Origin: the human T2T-CHM13v2.0 reference genome, Homo sapiens
Strand: one strand, 5' to 3'
Length of the DNA: 64,000 nucleotides
Assembly (NCBI RefSeq): GCF_009914755.1
Contig: NC_060936.1
Shown here: positions 50,614 through 64,000 of the stretch, piece by piece
Numbering within the stretch: the stretch's first letter is position 1
Layout: each line of letters starts with the position of its first letter
Notes under the pieces: generated by a model
Told to the model about the DNA's origin: nothing
What the model saw: the letters and a program-made list of their open reading frames with translations, nothing else
The model's database searches: none
Position numbers and translations under genes: made by a program

Positions 50614-53066
50614 TCATGGAGCCCTACTGACCCCCTCCCAAGTCTGCCTAGAAGGCTGCAGTGGCACAATGCTGACTGGACCCAGCAGTGTGGCCAGGTC
50701 CCTAGCACTCTAGCCCACGGTGTCCTACACCCAAGAAAATGGGCAGCATAGCACACCAGAGAAGTTGCCACCAGGACAAAAAGAGCTGAAGTTTGCATTC
50801 CCCAGAGTCTAAGGCCATGGCCACTGACAGCAACTCTGCTCTGCCACACCCCCAGTAGTGGGCCTGCCATGCACCTGCACATGCCTGCAGTGGGCCTGAG
50901 GACTGACCTGCCCAAATGCCATCCTGGGGCCTGAAGACAGGCTTACGCTGCTCACTGCCACCACCACTAGGTGCCTAGGGATTGCCTTGCTCTGCCCACC
51001 AAGCCTGGCCTATGTGCACCATTGGGGTACCTGAGAACAGGCTTACCCTGCCCTGTGCTACCCTCTACAGTGCCTAAGTGTTCAGGGCCCTAGGGATCAA
51101 CCTGTCCTGCCTGTCATACTGACACATGCATCTGGGGGCCTAACACAGGCCCAGACTGCCTGCTGCCAGCATCCAAGCATGCAATGCCATAGAGGAGCCT
51201 GAAGAATGCCCAAACCCAGCCACCACAGTTGCCCCTGTGTGCACCATTAAGGGACCTGAGGACAGCCCACTTCTATCTGACATAGCTCCCTGCATTCCCT
51301 GAGTGTGGCATCTGGGGGCCCGGGGATCAACCTACCCTGCCTGCCACTTCTGATATGTGCCTACACCATCAAGGGGCCTCATAACAGGCCCAGACTGCCT
51401 GCTGCCAGCACCCAGGCATGCTATCTGAGGGGCCTAGAAATCACTTCACCCTGCCCACCACAGCCCATGCCTGAGCGCATTATCAGGGGCCTGAGGACAA
51501 GCCCACCCCACATGTACTACTCAAACCCCCACCTGCACAAGCATGTTGTCCAGAGGGATGGGGATTGTCACATCCTGCATACCACCACTACATAGACACA
51601 CACACACACACACATGCACTCACACATCCCAGGGGCCTGAGGATGGGCCTGCCCAGCATGTTGCCACCACCACCACCAGCACCCACCTGCACCATACCAC
51701 AAGGGCTGAGAACAGGCCCACTCAGCCCATTGCTGCCACCATTGAAGCTAATGTATGCTGACTGGGAGCCTAAGGGTTGGCCTGCCACCACTACTGCAAT
51801 TGCTGATGCCATGCATACTGTCCAGGGGCCCAAGAACCTGCCCACCCACCCAACTTACCCCTGTCATTGCTGGTACATAAACAAGCAACCTTGAGGCCCA
51901 ATAATTGTCCCCCCAGAACCAGCTAAAACTGTACCCAAGAGCTCAAGGAAAGGCATGTTGGCCTACTTCCACCACTACTGGGGCCTTAGAACAGGTCCAT
52001 TTGGTATCCCCATCCCCAGCAAAGCCTCATTACAGCCTCCACTAACAACTGTAGCCTAAGCCACTGAGGAAATCACATGATGCTGTCTACAGCCAAATAA
52101 ATCATACAGAGATTACACTGCTGCATCCACCCAGAATCAAAGCTAAAGTGCCCTACCCAACCAACACTATAGATACATCTACAGGAAAAAATATTTACCT
52201 GTGAAAGCCAGACCAAAAAATTAGATGAGGTGACTGTCATAACAGATTGAGTAGATATCAATGTAAGTACAAAAATGAAAATGAAAAGCCACAAAACAAG
52301 ATAAATTCAGAGAAACACAATAATTCTCCAGTAGCAGGTTCCATCAAAAAATTTATGAAATGCATGAAACAGGATTTAAAATAATAAAGAAGCTCAGTGA
52401 GATACCAGAGAACACAGATAAATAACATGAAGAAAGCAGAAAAACAATTCATTATGTGAATAAGCAATTCACCAAAGAGATAGATGTCATTAAAAAAGAA
52501 AAACAAAAACAGAAATCCTAGAACTAAAGAATTCAATAAATAAAATAAAAAATACAATTGATAACCTCAACAATAGACTAGATTAAACTGAAGAAAGACT
52601 TTCTGAACTTGAAGACAAATCTTTTGAAATAACTCAGTCAGACAAAAAAAAAAGAAGAAAGGAAGAAAGAAAAGGAGTGGAAAATCATAGACACCCTATG
52701 TGACATGTGGGACACCATAAAGTGACCAAAAATCAAATTATAATGTTCCATAAGAAAAGAGATGGACAAAGGCACAGAAAATCTATTTAACAAAATCATA
52801 GGTGAAAAATTCTCAAGTCTTGCAGAGATATAAACATCTAGACACAAGAAAGTCAAAGAACCTCAAATAGATTGAACTCAAAAAGGTCTTTTTAAATGCA
52901 CATTACAGTCAAACTGTTGAAAGTCAAAGACAAAGGAAGAACTCTTAAAAACAGCAAGAAAAAAGTGTCAAATCACAGAAAAGGGAATACCAATCAGACT
53001 AACAGCAAATTCTCAGCAGAAACTTCACAGGCTAGGAGAGAATGGAATGATATATTAAAGAGCCAA

Positions 53067-59220
<6,154 letters not shown>

Positions 59221-60099
59221 AAGTGCCAAAAGGAAAAAAAAGCTGTCAGTGACGACAACAAAGCTGTCCTTCAAAAATGAAGGATAAATAAAATCTTTCC
59301 CAGATAAGCAAAAACTGAGGGAATTTATCACCACTAGAACGATCCTACAAGAAATGGTTAAGGGAGTCCTACATCTGGAAGCAAAAGGACAATATCTACA
59401 TTTATGAAAACACACAAAAATATAAAACTCACTAGCAGTGTAAAACTCACAGAGATACAAATGAGACAGAGAAAGAATTCAAATGTTACTACTAAAGAAA
59501 ATCACCAAACTTCAATGATAAACAACACAACAAAAATAAAGGGAAAAAAGATACACAAAACAACCAGAAAACAATTAATAAAATGACAGAAATAAGTCTT
59601 CAGCTATAAATAGTAACCTTGAATGAAAATGAATTAAATTCCCACTTAAAAGAGATAAATTGGCTAAATGGATTAAAAAAAAAACTTGACTAGATGCTGC
59701 TTACAAGAAACTTACTTTAGGTGTAAAGACATATATAGACTGAATGTAAAGGGAATGGATAAAAATACTTCACACAAAGGGAAACCAAAAGCAAGCAGTA
59801 GATATATTTACATCAGATAAAACAGGTTTTAAGTATAAAACAATAAAAAGTGACAAAGAGTATCATAATATTGTGTTAAATAGATCAATTAGCAAAAGGA
59901 TACAAAAATTCTAAATATATATGCACCCAACATTAGAGCACCATGATATATAAAGCAAATATTATTAGTTCAAAAGGGAGATAGGCTCCAATACAATAAT
60001 AGTTGAGGACTTTAATAGCCCACTGTTAGCATTTGACAGATCATTTAGACAGGAAATCAACAAAGCAACTTTGGATTTAAACTGCACTTTAAACCAAAT

Positions 60100-60412
60100 G
60101 GGCCCATGAATGGAGCTGGAAGCCATTATCCTCAGCAAACTAACACAGGAACAGAAAACCAGACACCACACGTTCTCACTTATAAGTGAGAGCTGAATGA
60201 TGAGAGTACATGGATACATTGTGGGGAGGAACACACACTGGGCCCTGTTGGATGGGTGGGTGGGGGAAGGGAGAGCATCAGGAAGAATAGCTAATGGACA
60301 CTGGGCTTAATACCTAGATGATAGGATGATCTGTGCAGCAAACCACCATGGCAACATTTACCTATGTAACAAACCTGCACATCCTGCACATGTACCTCTG
60401 AAGTTAAAAAAA
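60100..60412 (+). mobile_element. 5'-truncated older L1PA 3' end
   Basis: gagagcatcaggaagaatagctaatgg 3'UTR and TSD-like aaatgg(g/a)cc. Confidence 0.8.
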
Positions 60413-61591
60413 AAATGGACCTAACAAATATTTATAGAACATTTTATCCAACAGTTGCAGAATACATATCTTCTCATCAGTGCATAAAGCATTCTCCAGG
60501 ATAGAACATATGTTAGAACATGAAACAAGTCTCAACAAATTTTTAAAAATAAAAATTATGTCAAGTTCTCCTCAGACTACAATGCAATAGAGCTAAAAAT
60601 CAAGAACAAGAGGAACTTTGAAAACTGTGCATATACATAGAAATTAAACATGTTCCTGAATAACCACTGAAAGCACAGCTAAGAGCTTATTGCTATAATT
60701 TTATGGCAATAAATGCCCACATCAAAAATGTAGAAAGATTCAAATAAACAACCTAACAATCCACACCAAGGAACCAGAAAAGCAAGAACATCCAAACTTA
60801 CAATTAGTAGAAGAAAATAAATAACAAAGGTCAGAGCAGAACTTAATGAAATAGAGACTAAAAAACAATGAAAAAAAGATTAAGAAAAGTTGATGTTGGT
60901 TTTCTGAAAAGATAAACAAAATTGATAAACTGATAGCTACACTAACCAAGAAAGGAGAGAACACCAATAAACAAAATCAGAAATGAAAGAAGAGACATTA
61001 CAACTGATACCAGAGAAATACAAATTATCATCAGAGACTATTATGAACAACTATATGCTAACAAACTTGAAAACTCAGAGGAAATGGATATATTACTGAA
61101 TACATATAATTTAACAAGGGTGAATCAGGAAGAAATAGAAAATATGAACAGAACAATAATGAGTAATGAGATTGAATCAGTAATGATAAGTCTTCTAATA
61201 AATAAAAGCCCAATACTGATGACTCCGCTGATGAATTCTGCAGAAATTTTAAAGAAGAATTAATACCAATTCTTCTCAAAGCATTACAAAAAAACTAAAG
61301 AGGGAGTTCTTCTTAACTCATTCTAAGGGCCAGCATTACTCTGAAACCAAAACCATACAAGGATACAATAAAAAAAAGAAAACTACAGGCTAACATTCCT
61401 AATGAGCATAGATGCAAACATCCTTGATAAAATACTAGCAAACCAACTCCAACAGCACATCAAAAAGATAATACACCATGATCAAGTAGGATTCACCTCA
61501 TGGATGCAAAGATGATTCAACATACGGAAATCAATAAATGAGTGAACCAAGAGTAGAGAACCTGGATGTAAATCCACATGTTTTTGACAGC

Positions 61592-63810
<2,219 letters not shown>

Positions 63811-64000
63811 GTTCCAACTGATTTTTGACAAAGGCAAGAACATACATTGGGGAAAGGACAGCCTCTTCAATAAAAGGTGATGGGAAAACTGGACAACGAT
63901 ATGCCAAAAAAGGAAATGAATTTCCTGTCTCTCACCATATAAAAAATCAAAATGAATTATAGACTTGAGGGTATGATTCAAAACTGTCACACTACTAGAA

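Noticed and set aside
50860-52000. GC-rich degenerate repeats (ggggcctgagga units) resembling a novel array or CRISPR
   Set aside because: Irregular units without repeat-spacer structure, located in the 5'UTR of an old L1M where such tandem repeats are typical.

Overview
Primate (most likely human) genomic DNA containing the 5' half of SLC38A1 (SNAT1, System A glutamine transporter) on the minus strand, plus about 25 kb of upstream sequence. The first coding exon (9239-9453) reads [42 protein letters not shown] 115-nt non-coding exon lies at 12760-12874 and exon 1 lies in a CpG island (about 36800-39680). The rest is mostly interspersed repeats: two full-length L1PA6-like copies, older L1M elements, a MER41A provirus, a THE1 element, MSTA, LTR33, MER85, MER2, MER20, MER5, Tigger4-type, many Alus, MIR and L2. 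No new protein-coding system is supported. The most unusual signal is a cluster of local copying events. The two L1s 37 kb apart share the same inactivating lesions, half of the MER41 LTR pair is homogenised, a ~560-bp piece containing most of exon 2 is copied nearby, a 62-bp inverted MER20 copy sits 520 bp from its source, and MSTA carries a fold-back hairpin. The 5'UTR is uORF-rich, with an ATF4/C-EBP element and a splice-switchable uORF. Repeat family names and consensus comparisons come from memory and need RepeatMasker/Dfam confirmation.
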